From: Bugula neritina
Taxonomy: Eukaryota; Animalia; Bryozoa
Direction: 5' to 3'
Length of the DNA: 64,000 nucleotides
NCBI GenBank assembly: GCA_964035545.1
Contig: OZ037768.1
Coordinates: 8,774,741 to 8,838,740, forward strand
Shown here: in pieces, positions 52,677 through 64,000 of the stretch
Numbering within the stretch: position 1 is the first letter of the stretch
Layout: every line of letters begins with the position of its first letter
The notes under the pieces: model-generated
Databases searched by the model: none
Seen by the model: the letters and a program-made list of their open reading frames with translations, nothing else
Told to the model about the DNA's origin: nothing
Program-made: the position numbers and the translations under genes

Positions 52677-55600
52677 ATGAGAACGATTTCATTTGTGGAA
52701 AGACTTGAATTAGAATTCTATGATGAAGTATGTGACAATCAACAGCAACAGGCGCTTCCTTGGAATTTATGTCAACAAGCGATAGCTTTGGGTGATGCAG
52801 ACAATGATGATGTAAGCTTGACTATAAGTTTAGTGTTGTCAACTAGTGACTTAATCATACATGTGGATCATTACTAAAAGTTTGCTAATGAAAATACTCA
52901 TGGGTAACTGGTATTTGTTTGTCGAAAACTTTGCCGCTTGAAAAACTTATGTTTTAGAACGTTTGTTGCTTTTTTTAGAGCAATGAGCTTGCAGTAGGCA
53001 CTGTCTCAGGTCGTCTCTTGATCTATAAAGGTCATGGCCACACAGCTTGGAGAACCAGTCATGAAAAACTAGGGATGGTGGGTATAATGACGGATTTACA
53101 TGTCTCATATGATTGGCTTCTTTTAATAAAGGACTGGAGAGTTATGATAGAAAATTTTCACTCACATTAATAAGCTTAATACTGATGTTAAGGTTTTAGC
53201 GAGGAAAATGATTTAATGATACCTTCTTTAAATGGTTTGTTTATTCTTATGTTGTCAAGGTTATTATGAGCTTTGATCTAACTCACAAATTATTTTGAAA
53301 TATATTTTAGAGTTTTTACTTTACTTCTGCTCTCAATTTAAATAAACTTGGTTTGTGACTTTTCCAACAGATAACTTGTGTTACTATTGGAGATGTATGC
53401 AACAAGAAACAAAACAATGTGTTTGTTCTAAGTGCTGATGGCTGGTGTAACATATTCCATATTCCTCCAAGCTCTCCGGTTAGTTGTTATGAATGAAAAT
53501 TGTTTTAGTTCATTTTACAATAATAAATTTTACTGCATATATTATTTCAACTGTTTTACATTTTTTGCAACTTAGATTATTTAAAACTAACTGTAATATA
53601 TTGCATTTATGTTGAAAGAGAACATGAACTGGAGCTTTTTAGATTAAGTTTTCATAAACATTGCTGCATTAAGATGACAATGCTATATAGTTAGTCATTC
53701 TTTAAGAATGCATAATAGTTTAAAATTAAATTATATTAATACAGATCACATGTATATTTGGAGGAAGCCACTAGCCAAAAAGGAGTTATAGTTTTAATTG
53801 AAAAATAAATCTTTTCTCCAATTAAATTACACAAGATATTTATGACTTTATTTGCTTTCAGTGACATAAACTAGCTCTTTGACCATCAAGTGTCACAGAT
53901 AGCTTTATTTGCCTTTACAGATAAATAGTGAAATATCTAGTTTTCCATTGATTTAATAAATTTAGTAAAATGTTTGTGTTTTCAGGAGGAAGTACAAGCA
54001 CCAGTTTTAAGCAATGAGATCTATTCTATGCACAGACAACATTTATCTCCAAACAGCAAATTACTAAAACTGGTGGACATTGGTATGTGGGAAAATATAT
54101 CATGTCAACTGTAAAATGTGCTTCATTCTATTTACAATAAAATAATGAGCAGTTGATAATTTACTGATTAGTTTTAGTAGTTTTGAATATTGTACCATAT
54201 TTTGTCAATTGTTACCTGATAATTGGTTTACATCCCCAATTTTTTGACCATTTATGTGGACAAAATGCCAGGCTAAGGTTTGGTGAAACTTACGCATGTA
54301 AGTAATTAAAGCTTTTATGTAATCTAGTTTTTTAGTATTGTAAAGGCTACTTTATGGAAAATTTTAGTATTTTGTTGCTCTGTATGATTTAAATAGTATT
54401 ACTGGGACATTTAATTTACCTATTAATAAACTTACCACATAGTGGTAGGTCTATTAATCATGTACCCTTTATATAAGTTTGTAAGTCAGAGTTATTTTTT
54501 GTAGAAAGCAACGGTGGTATAATTATAGCTGTTGGGTTTTCTGACCGTGTAGTGAGGACATACCGATGGTACCAGTATCTAGATGGAAAGGGAGAACTGG
54601 CTATCCTCAATAAATGGGCTTTAACAGCTCAGGTAGACTTTGCAGACTGATCTTAGACTTATCGAGCAAGGTTTAGTTCAACAAGACTGAATAATTTTAG
54701 TTTGCATAATTTTCTCACTTCCGGATATTTGATTTTGCAGATAGGCTCACTATCTCTAAAACCCACAGCTGACAACGCAAGCTTTGAGCTAATTGTGGGT
54801 CAGCCAGGCAGTACATACGTCACGTTATTTCAAAATGGGCAGTGAGTATTAATTTTGATGAAGTTTTTAGTTTACTGTAACACAATGTAGATGAAATTCT
54901 AAATGCTATTAAATTATAACTTTGTCATGATGCAAGTTGTGATGGCACTTATACTGCATTTGCTGAACTCTAAATTGCTATCTGTAGTTATAATTTAAAC
55001 TAATTGAAATAAATTTTGCCACCTATGACCTAGTTCTAAAGGGTAAATCTCAGCATCATGCACTTATTTTGTAAAGGGTGTTCTAGTTTCTTGCTTGCAG
55101 TATTGCATACAATGGTCCTGAATGCTGCAAGACACACAGTGAAACTGTTTCTGCTGAAGTAGTCAGCAATGTGCATACTGGAGATGGGAGGAGCTGTTTT
55201 GCCATGTCAACTCTAGATGGTAATGTATACTCTATTTGTAGTGTGGTGGTGAGATGTTCATTCAAAATACTATCTGTTGAAACTCTGAAATGTATTGATT
55301 CTAAGCGCTTTGTTATAATGCTTTAGGTAATTTGACTTTGTTGTATAGGTAATATCATGCTAATGGATTATAGTGGAGAGATAATATATGAAAATAGTGT
55401 GGATCATCAATTATTTGGATTAACTAAGCTAGATATTACAGTAAGTAATACAAATATATCTACCAGCTAGTGGTTCAGCTAAAGTTGCTAACTTTCCTTA
55501 ATTTGCAAATCACTTGGATGATGGTACGATGATATAACACTAGAATCTTGGAATTTTACACTTTTGAAATAAAAAAGGGCGTTTTGGTAAATGAAATAAA

Positions 55601-56850
55601 AATATTTGTGTAATATTTTTATGAATCAATAAACCCATCTCTTGTGATTTATAATTTCCTACTGGATTTGTCTTCCTATAAGCTGTGTAGCGTTGTTTAC
55701 TGAATAGGGAGATGGGCTGGAGGAAGCTATAGTGTGCTCATGGGATGGGCAAACTTATATTTTCAATGCTAACAAACAGATAGCCAAGTTTCAGTTTGAT
55801 GAACGTACTGCTGCCTTTATTGCAGGTAATTTTGACATTCTTTCAATTGTCTACAAATCGAGAGCGAAGTACTTTTGCATGGTACTGTATACAAAATTGA
55901 TATAATTATTCAGATACCATGTCAAGTTTTTTAAAACTAGTAATTCCTTTGGTAATTTTGTCAGGCAGTGAGGTGTTCAATTGCAGGTGAAAATTTTTAA
56001 ATACTATAGAATGATATGCAAATTTGACTTTGTTGAGCTTAATAAAATCAATTTTTAAGTCATCTCAATTCATAAAATTTACATCGCACTTTATACTTCA
56101 TTTTTGGAGTTTTCTCTACAGTATATTATCTACACTGAACTGAAACTATAATTATAGTTCAATGATTATCTAGATCACATTTATATGTACAATTCTCAAT
56201 GTTTGCAAGGAGCCCTTTTTAGGGAAACCAATTTTGTGAAATTAATCATACTTGAATGGTTTGTAAATTTTTGCTCAGAAGAATGGTATTGTTTTAATTA
56301 ATGTTTTGTAATTTACTAATATTATAAACTCCTGCATTTATTTTCTTATTGGTTTGGCTTTCTATACTTTGTGTGTTTATAGGTCATTATTCTGTCAGTT
56401 CTTCAAATGAACCTTGTTTAGTTTACGTCACCTTCAGTGGCAGAATCTACATCTACCATAATGTTATGCTGGCACATGTACACACCGTCAGTTTAATAGA
56501 AGAGATCGATGATAGTGAAAAGGTCAAAGAATTTCTTAGAGAGCGAAATATGACAGGTAGGCAATCACAGTATATTTTACTATACTTTTACTATTTTACT
56601 AACAATTTAAACTGATTTTTAAGAGTGAATGTATAAGCCATCGATTGCAAGAGACACCTTACACATTAGACTGTGATTGTGCAATGCTGATAGAATATAT
56701 TTCCATCACACATTAATTTAGACTCTGAGTAGAATTTTCCAGAAGCATCTTGCTAAATTGTTGCCATTTTTAGATTGTTCTCGAGAAGAAAAGAAAAAAT
56801 TATACCAGTGGTGTCTGTATGGACGTAAACCAAAGCTATGTCTAGAATAA
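52677..56850 (+). CDS. ITFG2: KICSTOR complex subunit ITFG2 (integrin-alpha FG-GAP repeat protein 2), multi-exon
   Basis: Spliced exons give MRTISFVERLELEF...AIALGDADNDD|SNELAVGTVSG...GM|ITCVTIGDVCNKKQN...SADGW, DRVVRTYRW, VDHQLFGLTKLDIT, VCSWDGQTYIF, LVYVTFSGRIYIY and LYQWCLYG, all matching ITFG2 motifs. Confidence 0.93.
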
Positions 56851-57012
56851 CAATATATATACAGCCTATTAATAATGAATACTATATTAAGATCAAAGAT
56901 ATTTATGCATTATTTTGTTTATAATTATATATATATGTACATAAAACTTATTATAATTTTTAATTAGAAATGTATTATTTTCATTGAATAAAAAAAAATA
57001 ATGGAACCCTTT

Positions 57013-60000
57013 TCAGTGAAGAAAGCCCATGTATTTTCTGTTTGTTATACTAGATTCTTCCTTTAGTTTGTTTAGTAACGCTTCATTCAGTGATATTCCA
57101 ATTTCTCTGGAAGTCTACAAAATTACATTTTTTATAAAAACATGCGCACAGCACAAAATAATGGTGTATGTTTTGTCAACATTTCCATGTATTCTCTTGA
57201 TAAATAATGCAAGAAAGTATCCTAATTTGCATGTTTAGAGTGTTCAAATATTTATGATACTATCTACCACAATTCTCTATAGAATACGCTGAGCAAAATA
57301 CTGACCGAAACCATCTCAGCTATGCTTTCTGGTAGCAGACTACCAGCGCCTACTTTCCTTGTACTTGTAATATGACCGGTGCGTGTTACGGAGACAACAA
57401 GTCTACATAATGAGCACACCTCTTCTTCTACTGATGGATCTATTACGTGAGATTTTCCAATCTAAAGTACAAACATAATTAGACTCAAAACTAATTAGTC
57501 TGTATTAATACGAGAAAATTAGTTGCAGGAGTTAGAGCATTTGGCTTAGTAAACACGAAGTCATGGGTTTGAACCCCAGTAAAGGTCATTGGTGATGTTT
57601 AGGAAGAGCATCCAGTCATAATTGCTTCTGTGCGACACATGAATAAGTCCTTAGCCAGCTTTAAAAAAGCCCTTTCTATCAGGGGTTCTCACAGATAGTG
57701 ACTATAAACTTGTGTGAGTGAGTATGAAAAAAATAGTTCAGCAGAGTTAATTTTAGTTGCATAAATAACAGAAAAGCTAGAAGCATCAGCTAAATAAGTT
57801 GCCAGTAACTGTGAATAACGCTAACAAACCTTGCAACATGTGACTAAAATAGGGCAATTTTCTACATCAATTTCATAATAGTCGAATGGATCATCAGATA
57901 AATCTATTTCAACCTGACCTTCTTCATTGGTAGTGAGAGTGAGGTTTGGTATTCTACAAAGTATAGAATAACCATCAAAAAAGAGCAGCCGTGACCTATC
58001 AACATACCACTTTAAATACAAACCATATGCTGTACAAAATGTGATGAAGAGTAAATTGTATTATAAAATTGTGCAACTTAATATTGTTATACTGAAGCTA
58101 ACTAAAGCGTTAGAAAAATTATTTTTTAGCAAGATATCTTTAGCAGCCATAGCTAAATAAAAATAAATTTTATAACAGAAAATCTGGTTTTATTTTCATA
58201 AATATGATCATACGCTTCAATATATCATGCTGTGCATAGTAAAAAATTAATGGTAAATTATCAAAAAAAATTTAAATTTCATCAAATTGAAATATGATTT
58301 TCAAAATCACTTATCGGACAAATCATCACATTTTGAGCTAGAAACCACAAGCTCATTTTGTAAGATGCTAAATCAAGTGACTAATATCAAATAAAATAAA
58401 GAATACAAATAAACCTTCAGCTATGTAATTTTGAGTATTTAAAAATCTTTGAGTTTTTGCTGCATCAAGTGTTTTTTTTTCAAAATATGTACAGAATTGT
58501 GGAAGATGATATATTCAATATACTCTGTCTCAAAAGTTTTATGCAGAATAAGCTTACTTTGTGTCATAGAGAGCTGACTTCACAGCTAAAGAGACTGCAT
58601 CGTAGAGATTGCCACCAACTTCTAGAAGCTGTAAAAAAAACAGACCATGTACATAGTAACAAACACTCAGGTGACATATTTTAATACAAATGTAAAGTTA
58701 TATAAACCTTTAAACCTACCAAAACATCAATGTATAGAATCCAACAGTGTTGTCCATCAGCAATGCACAGCTTTCTCATATCTAATGTGTTCTTGTCACC
58801 ATATGCTTGTGATAACATGCTAGCAATATCATTTGCCAACTCCTCACCGCCACGCCCCTCAAACTTAGGATTCGCGTTAGCAGAACTAAAATTTATATTC
58901 AGTGCCCTCATAATCTGTACCAATAAGACAAAGTAAACTAATGCAGCATAAAGTATCAGCAGATTTACCTATGAGCCAGAATTTCATTCGATATCACTCA
59001 CCAATCTACAAAGAACTCCAAATTGCCTTCATTGGGCTTTCGTAAAGCTGGAACACCCAATTCAGCCTTCACACCAACCAAAATGTCTGTATTTGCCTGC
59101 AAATATTCAAGACTGTCCAGTAAAATAAATATAACTCTCATGCGCTACCTAGAGAGATGGAATATATAGAAAATATGAAACGCTCCCACATTATAGCCTA
59201 AAATTACATTTTATAAACTTCATGAAGAAAAATTAAGATTACAACTGCTTATCATAATTTATAATGCTTTGGGTGGCAATATAAATTTTTGGGCATTTGA
59301 CAACCAAAATAGTGTAAACAGGAGATTAAACAAGCAAGTTGATTTTCATTGACCGGTACCAAATATGGGTAGGTGGCAAAAACCTTACAAACACTGAATG
59401 CAAGTGTGAAAATTTTTAAAAGTCAATTTGTGTAACTAAGTCAGCATTTGAGGTCATGTGACAGGGAGCTATTACTGCATCCTACTATATGACTAGCCAA
59501 CAAGGTGATACACAAAGTGACACACAAAGGTTAAAACTCTACTCACCATCCTAACACGAGCTGAACCTGATGCATTACTCACTGTTCCTGTTTCTATTTC
59601 AAAAGATCTATATTCTAAACAGCTCCGTCCATCTATTCTAACATTGTCCTATAACACTCAGTAATTTAGTTAAATAGCAACTTATATGATTTCATGATTT
59701 TAAGCCTGTTAAATAATTCATATTGAACATAGTAATAAAACACACTGGCATATGTTTGCATAGTTGGCATTACTATTTCTATTTTATTATCATTGTCTAT
59801 ATAACCATCAATAGAAATTGTTATTTTTTATATGACTGTAAGAAAAAAATACTATTATAACATTAGTTGCTAATCATTGGCTACAATAAATACTGTTGCA
59901 ATATTTGCTCACTCAAACTTACAGTTCAGCTACAATTAAGGTCTGAGCGTGATTTAGAAATTCTTCTTATTACTAAGGTTACCATATACAATCACAAACA

Positions 60001-60342
60001 TGATATTAGTGAGGTTACTGTGACTGTATAAAACAATTACAATTATATTATAGGCACAGAGTTATATGCAATAAAAAAATTTTGCTTATAGAATTTTACC
60101 GACAATTTTTTTTTCTATTCATTAAATTGAGTAAATCAGTTGTTAATATAATACTAAGAAGTCTGGATAAATATTGGCGGTGAAATGAGAAGACAACTGC
60201 AGTTGGCATTCAGAATACGCAGGCTTGCAACCTCTTCATTATAATTAATAATAAAAGTCTTACTATAAGTATATCTATGCCTTACCTCAACGCCATGCAC
60301 AATGAAGATTTTTTCAGCCTGGCTCAGTAAGACTTCGGCCAT
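57013..60342 (-). CDS. EXOSC7: exosome complex component RRP42, multi-exon
   Basis: MAEVLLSQAEKIFIVHGVE|DNVRIDGRSC...ASGSARV, TDILVGVKAELG, SANANPKFEGRGGEELA, CWILYIDVL, DLSDDPFD, DPSVEEEVC, ending GFLH*. Confidence 0.95.
57520..57720 (+). mobile_element. degenerate tRNA-derived SINE-like element in an EXOSC7 intron
   Basis: tRNA-like head with A-box-like GTTAGAGCA and B-box-like GGTTTGAACCCC, followed by AGGAAGAGCATCCAG, which resembles a central motif of metazoan SINEs. Boundaries are approximate and no intact cloverleaf is present. Confidence 0.45.
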
Positions 60343-61639
60343 TATTTTTACTCACTGCCAAGAAACTTTAAAAGCTAAAAAGAGATTTATTGTTAGTCCT
60401 ACAGTATCTATAGCCAGCAATTGAAATACCAATTCCAACATATGAATATGAGTAGATAGCAGGTTGAAATTGATATTAGCTGAATCATTATGAAGTGACC
60501 ACGGCTGTCAAATTTTAGTGAAACTGAATACTTAGCAATGCAAATTGCTTGTTTCAAGGTATCACCATACAAATAGTTTAATGTTTAATTATTCAAGACT
60601 GATATGAACATTTAAGTTAGCTTAAATTTGAATTCCAATGTGAAACCAAATAATTTTTAAATGAACTGCAATATGAATATATAGCCAAAGGCCTACTACT
60701 AAATGAGGAAAATTTTCAGAGCAATGGAAATCAGCTAATGCCACATCTACAGATAAAGATGCTGCTGACCAAGATCATAAACATCTAAAACTAAAAGAAT
60801 ATATTTAAAATGATGATGCAATAAGTTTATGATATTGAATTTGATTGGAATCAGACATAGTCAACTAGTGATATACTCACTTGAAGTTGAAATAAATAAT
60901 CATATTGATATTGATATTCAATATTTATAATACAAAATTAAATACCAATATGAATATCAATTAGACAGTTAGTGAATATGAAATTGAATATAGATATTAT
61001 AATTATAATACAATTATAAATATTAAATTTAATTATAATAATTAACATTTAAATACTCATAGTCATATAATAGTAATAGTAATTACTTATTTACTAAGAC
61101 TAAGACTAAGAGTAATACTAATAGCAATAACATAACTATTACTACTACTATTAGTATTAGTATTAGTATTCGTAAATACTAAATAGTATTACTATTAGTA
61201 TTACTATTAGTATTACTCATACTATTAGCATTACTATTTATTCATTATTGATTTTACTTTTAGTAATACTAACAGTAATATTACTAATACCAATAGTAAT
61301 ACTAATAGTAATAGTAATACTAATAGTAATTCTAATAGTAATAGACTAATACTAATAGTAATAGTAATACTAATACTAATAGTAATAGTAATACTAATAG
61401 TAATAGTAATACTCATACTGATACTGACAGTGATACTTCAAGTTCACTATCAATTCATTATGATAAAGTGATTATGATTATTATTATTAATATCATAGTA
61501 TTACTATTAGTATTAGTATTACTATAACTATTAGTAGTAAATTAGTGATACTGATAGTGATACTCAGTCTGAGTCATACTCATACTGATAATGTTACCTA
61601 TAGCCTTTACTAATACTAATAGTAATTATCTTTTCCAGT

Positions 61640-62330
61640 TCAGTGGTAACACATGTCTGAATTCACGTGCGTCTTCTAATTGGTGAATGAAATAACCTAC
61701 TCGCTTGTTTATTGCCTTGTAAATTTGCAGAGTTCGAATATGCAGCGTGATAATATATAACCCCCTGCGAATGCCCAACGACTACATCCATTCACGACTC
61801 CATTTCTACGAAAAGAAAAACGCAATAATTATCATTACAATAATAATATTATTATGGTTATGATAAATTATAATAATTACAATTTTTTGCGTGACGCATA
61901 TTATGATTTATTGAACAATTGTTTGTAATTGCATTGTTATTTGATGCGTTTCAGCAAAATTATTTCTGTATTTTAAATTTTTTGTTCCTTTCGATTAGAA
62001 ATAGTTAGTTAGGCCATAACTCACAACGTTCTATTCAAAAATTACTAGTTTGCCTGAGTTGTCTCCTCATGGTCATAAACACGCAACTCGCGAAGTTTAT
62101 AAGCGCCTATAGCCTGAATTTGAAATAGGCTATCCTAAGAAAGGCTTAAAATTGAAAATTATTTTATTTTTTGTTTAATAATAAAAAAATTGCAAATTTG
62201 CTAATATAAATTATACTTACTGACTTGTCAATATAATTATTTGCGCGAATAATTCACAGTTTCTATAGCGACAAATACACCGGAAACCTTCGCAAGTAAA
62301 CTTTAATCTGCATATGGCATTGGCTTGATA
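61640..62330. promoter_or_regulatory. probable bidirectional promoter region for EXOSC7 and MDH1B
   Basis: CpG-enriched patch between head-to-head genes whose ATGs are at 60342 (-) and 62449 (+). Confidence 0.55.
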
Positions 62331-62448
62331 GTTGTAATATTGCTTTAAAGCAAATTTTATTAGGGTTTAAATGTTTGTTGCAAAGTATTTTATGTCCTAA
62401 AAATTTGATTAAATTAGGCTCTGAAGCAGTTCTATCAAAAATCGACAG

Positions 62449-64000
62449 ATGGCTAAGCTAGTAATAGCAGGTAAGAAAATAGTTATACTAATAGTAATAG
62501 TAATACTAATAGTAATACTAATAGTAATTTACTTATAAGTTATAGTTGTTCCTATTACTATTAGTAATACTGTATTGGTATTAGGCTATTACTATTAATA
62601 AATTACTATTAGTTATCTCTATTAATATTAGTATTAGTTAGTAGTTACTGCAGTTGCTAATAAAATAATGCAAAAATGCTTTCTAGTTTAAATTAATTTA
62701 TTATTTTAATAAACTAAGTAAATCTGAAAAAGTTCACTGATGTTGATATAATAGCAGTTAAGAGTAGATGCATGGTGGCACCATGCTTGCTTTTTAGTTA
62801 TTGCACTGATTGAAAATCTGTGCAATCTATGGTAAACAAGTGTTTTATATTGCAATTTTCTATTATATACAATGAGCACTTGGGATTCTAATTACATTAA
62901 CTTTAAGCCACTTCCAATTATTTTATATCTGTTAAACTGTGTAGGTAGATCGGACTGCCCTTATTATGCTAAAGTAGAACTATTGGCTGATCGGTTGGCA
63001 AACTCTGTAAATTGCTGTGATGTTCATAAAATAGTAAAGACACCTGAAGAATGGGAGGTAGGGATTTTAATGTTTCAATAATCAAAATATTCTGCTTGCA
63101 CTGTACTTATCAGTTAGAGATAATTATTAAATTATTTTATTTAAACAATAACTCAACTGAACTAATTTTAGTATTTTGCAAAATTGTCAGTACGCAGGAA
63201 ACTGGCTGCATTTTTATATATATTTATTTTATTAAGAGATGGGTTAAAAAAGAGTGTGAAGAGAGAAAGTTTGACTATGAGAAGTCTCCACTAATATGGC
63301 GAGAGTTAGTGGATAGAGGCGGCAAAGGTATATTAATTGGCGGTGCGAATGAGTTCCAGGAGTATGTACTGGGCTATTATGGCATAAAATCAGACTTGTG
63401 CACTTCTGATGTAACAAAGGTAACTATTGGCTATTGCTCATAGCATAAACTTTTTATATAAATCATTTATGGATACAACATTTTCAATAGCTTTAGTTAT
63501 ATGTCATCTGTTATTATACATGGTTAAACTTATAGATATCAGCTGAAAACATGTCTACCAAAAAAGAAACAGATAAAGAGTTAGAAGAGTTCAAAAGTCT
63601 CAGTAAACCCATGAAAGTTTGCATATCTAATGCAGGATCACCAGTGAGCTACCATTTATTGAATTCTATAGCATCCGGGGAGATCTTTGGCACTGAACAG
63701 GAACTAATAGTAAACCTTTTAGGAAATGATGATGAACTCACGCAGCTTAATGGAGTGCAAATGGAGGCGATGGATCTAGCTCACAATGTTTTGAGAGGAG
63801 TTACAGTAACCTCAGATCCTAGAGAGGCTTTTGCCGCCTGTGAAGCTGTAATAATGCTAGATCAACTGATGCGAGAAGACGGAGAACCTGAGGATATTTG
63901 GTTAAAACGAAATACCGACAATTTTGTTAACTGTATTGCTGTAATGGATGAACTGTGTAAACCTACAGTAAAAGTACTGATTGCTGGGATTGGCCCAATC
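62449..64000 (+). CDS. MDH1B: putative malate dehydrogenase 1B, 5' part (truncated by window end)
   Basis: MAKLVIAG|RSDCPYYAKVELLAD...HKIVKTPEEWE|...SPLIWRELVDRGGKGILIGGANEFQEY...|ISAENM...SGEIFG...EAMDLAHNVL, matching the characteristic MDH1B N-terminus. Confidence 0.93.

Noticed and set aside
57520-57590. tRNA gene
   Set aside because: A- and B-box-like motifs are present but there is no acceptor stem or complete cloverleaf. Treated as SINE-like.
28850-61416. Hydrophobic or SITITI ORFs at 28850-29062 and 61234-61416
   Set aside because: They are translations of the (ANT)n low-complexity tracts, not proteins.

Overview
This is AT-rich eukaryotic genomic DNA with GT-AG introns. The CTCF gene makes it a bilaterian, and its zinc fingers look protostome-like. 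From left to right: (i) probable 5' exons of an unidentified minus-strand gene running off the left edge, then about 25 kb with no recognisable coding sequence but several micro/minisatellites; (ii) a multi-exon CTCF gene (+, ~30291-50225) whose reconstructed protein has 11 zinc fingers but no YxF cohesin-binding motif and unusually divergent fingers 9-11; (iii) inside a large CTCF intron, an antisense gene encoding a degenerate CAP/SCP (GAPR-1-like) domain plus a long repetitive tail; (iv) inside an intron of that nested gene, a very young full-length Ty3/Gypsy LTR retrotransposon (39998-47444, -); (v) ITFG2 (+), EXOSC7 (-) and the 5' part of MDH1B (+). The retrotransposon has identical 305-bp LTRs, an ATAT target-site duplication, a tRNA-Leu primer-binding site and a -1 frameshift signal. 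Its most notable feature is a third ORF in the env position that encodes no envelope protein but a transcription-factor-like protein (acidic N-terminus, two zinc fingers, basic patch, coiled coil), and the LTR U3 carries a perfect palindrome. A 3-bp periodic (A-N-T)n tract lies on the transcribed side of each of the four host-gene promoters. All exon models were assembled by eye, family assignments come from recalled motifs rather than database searches, and RNA-seq confirmation is needed.
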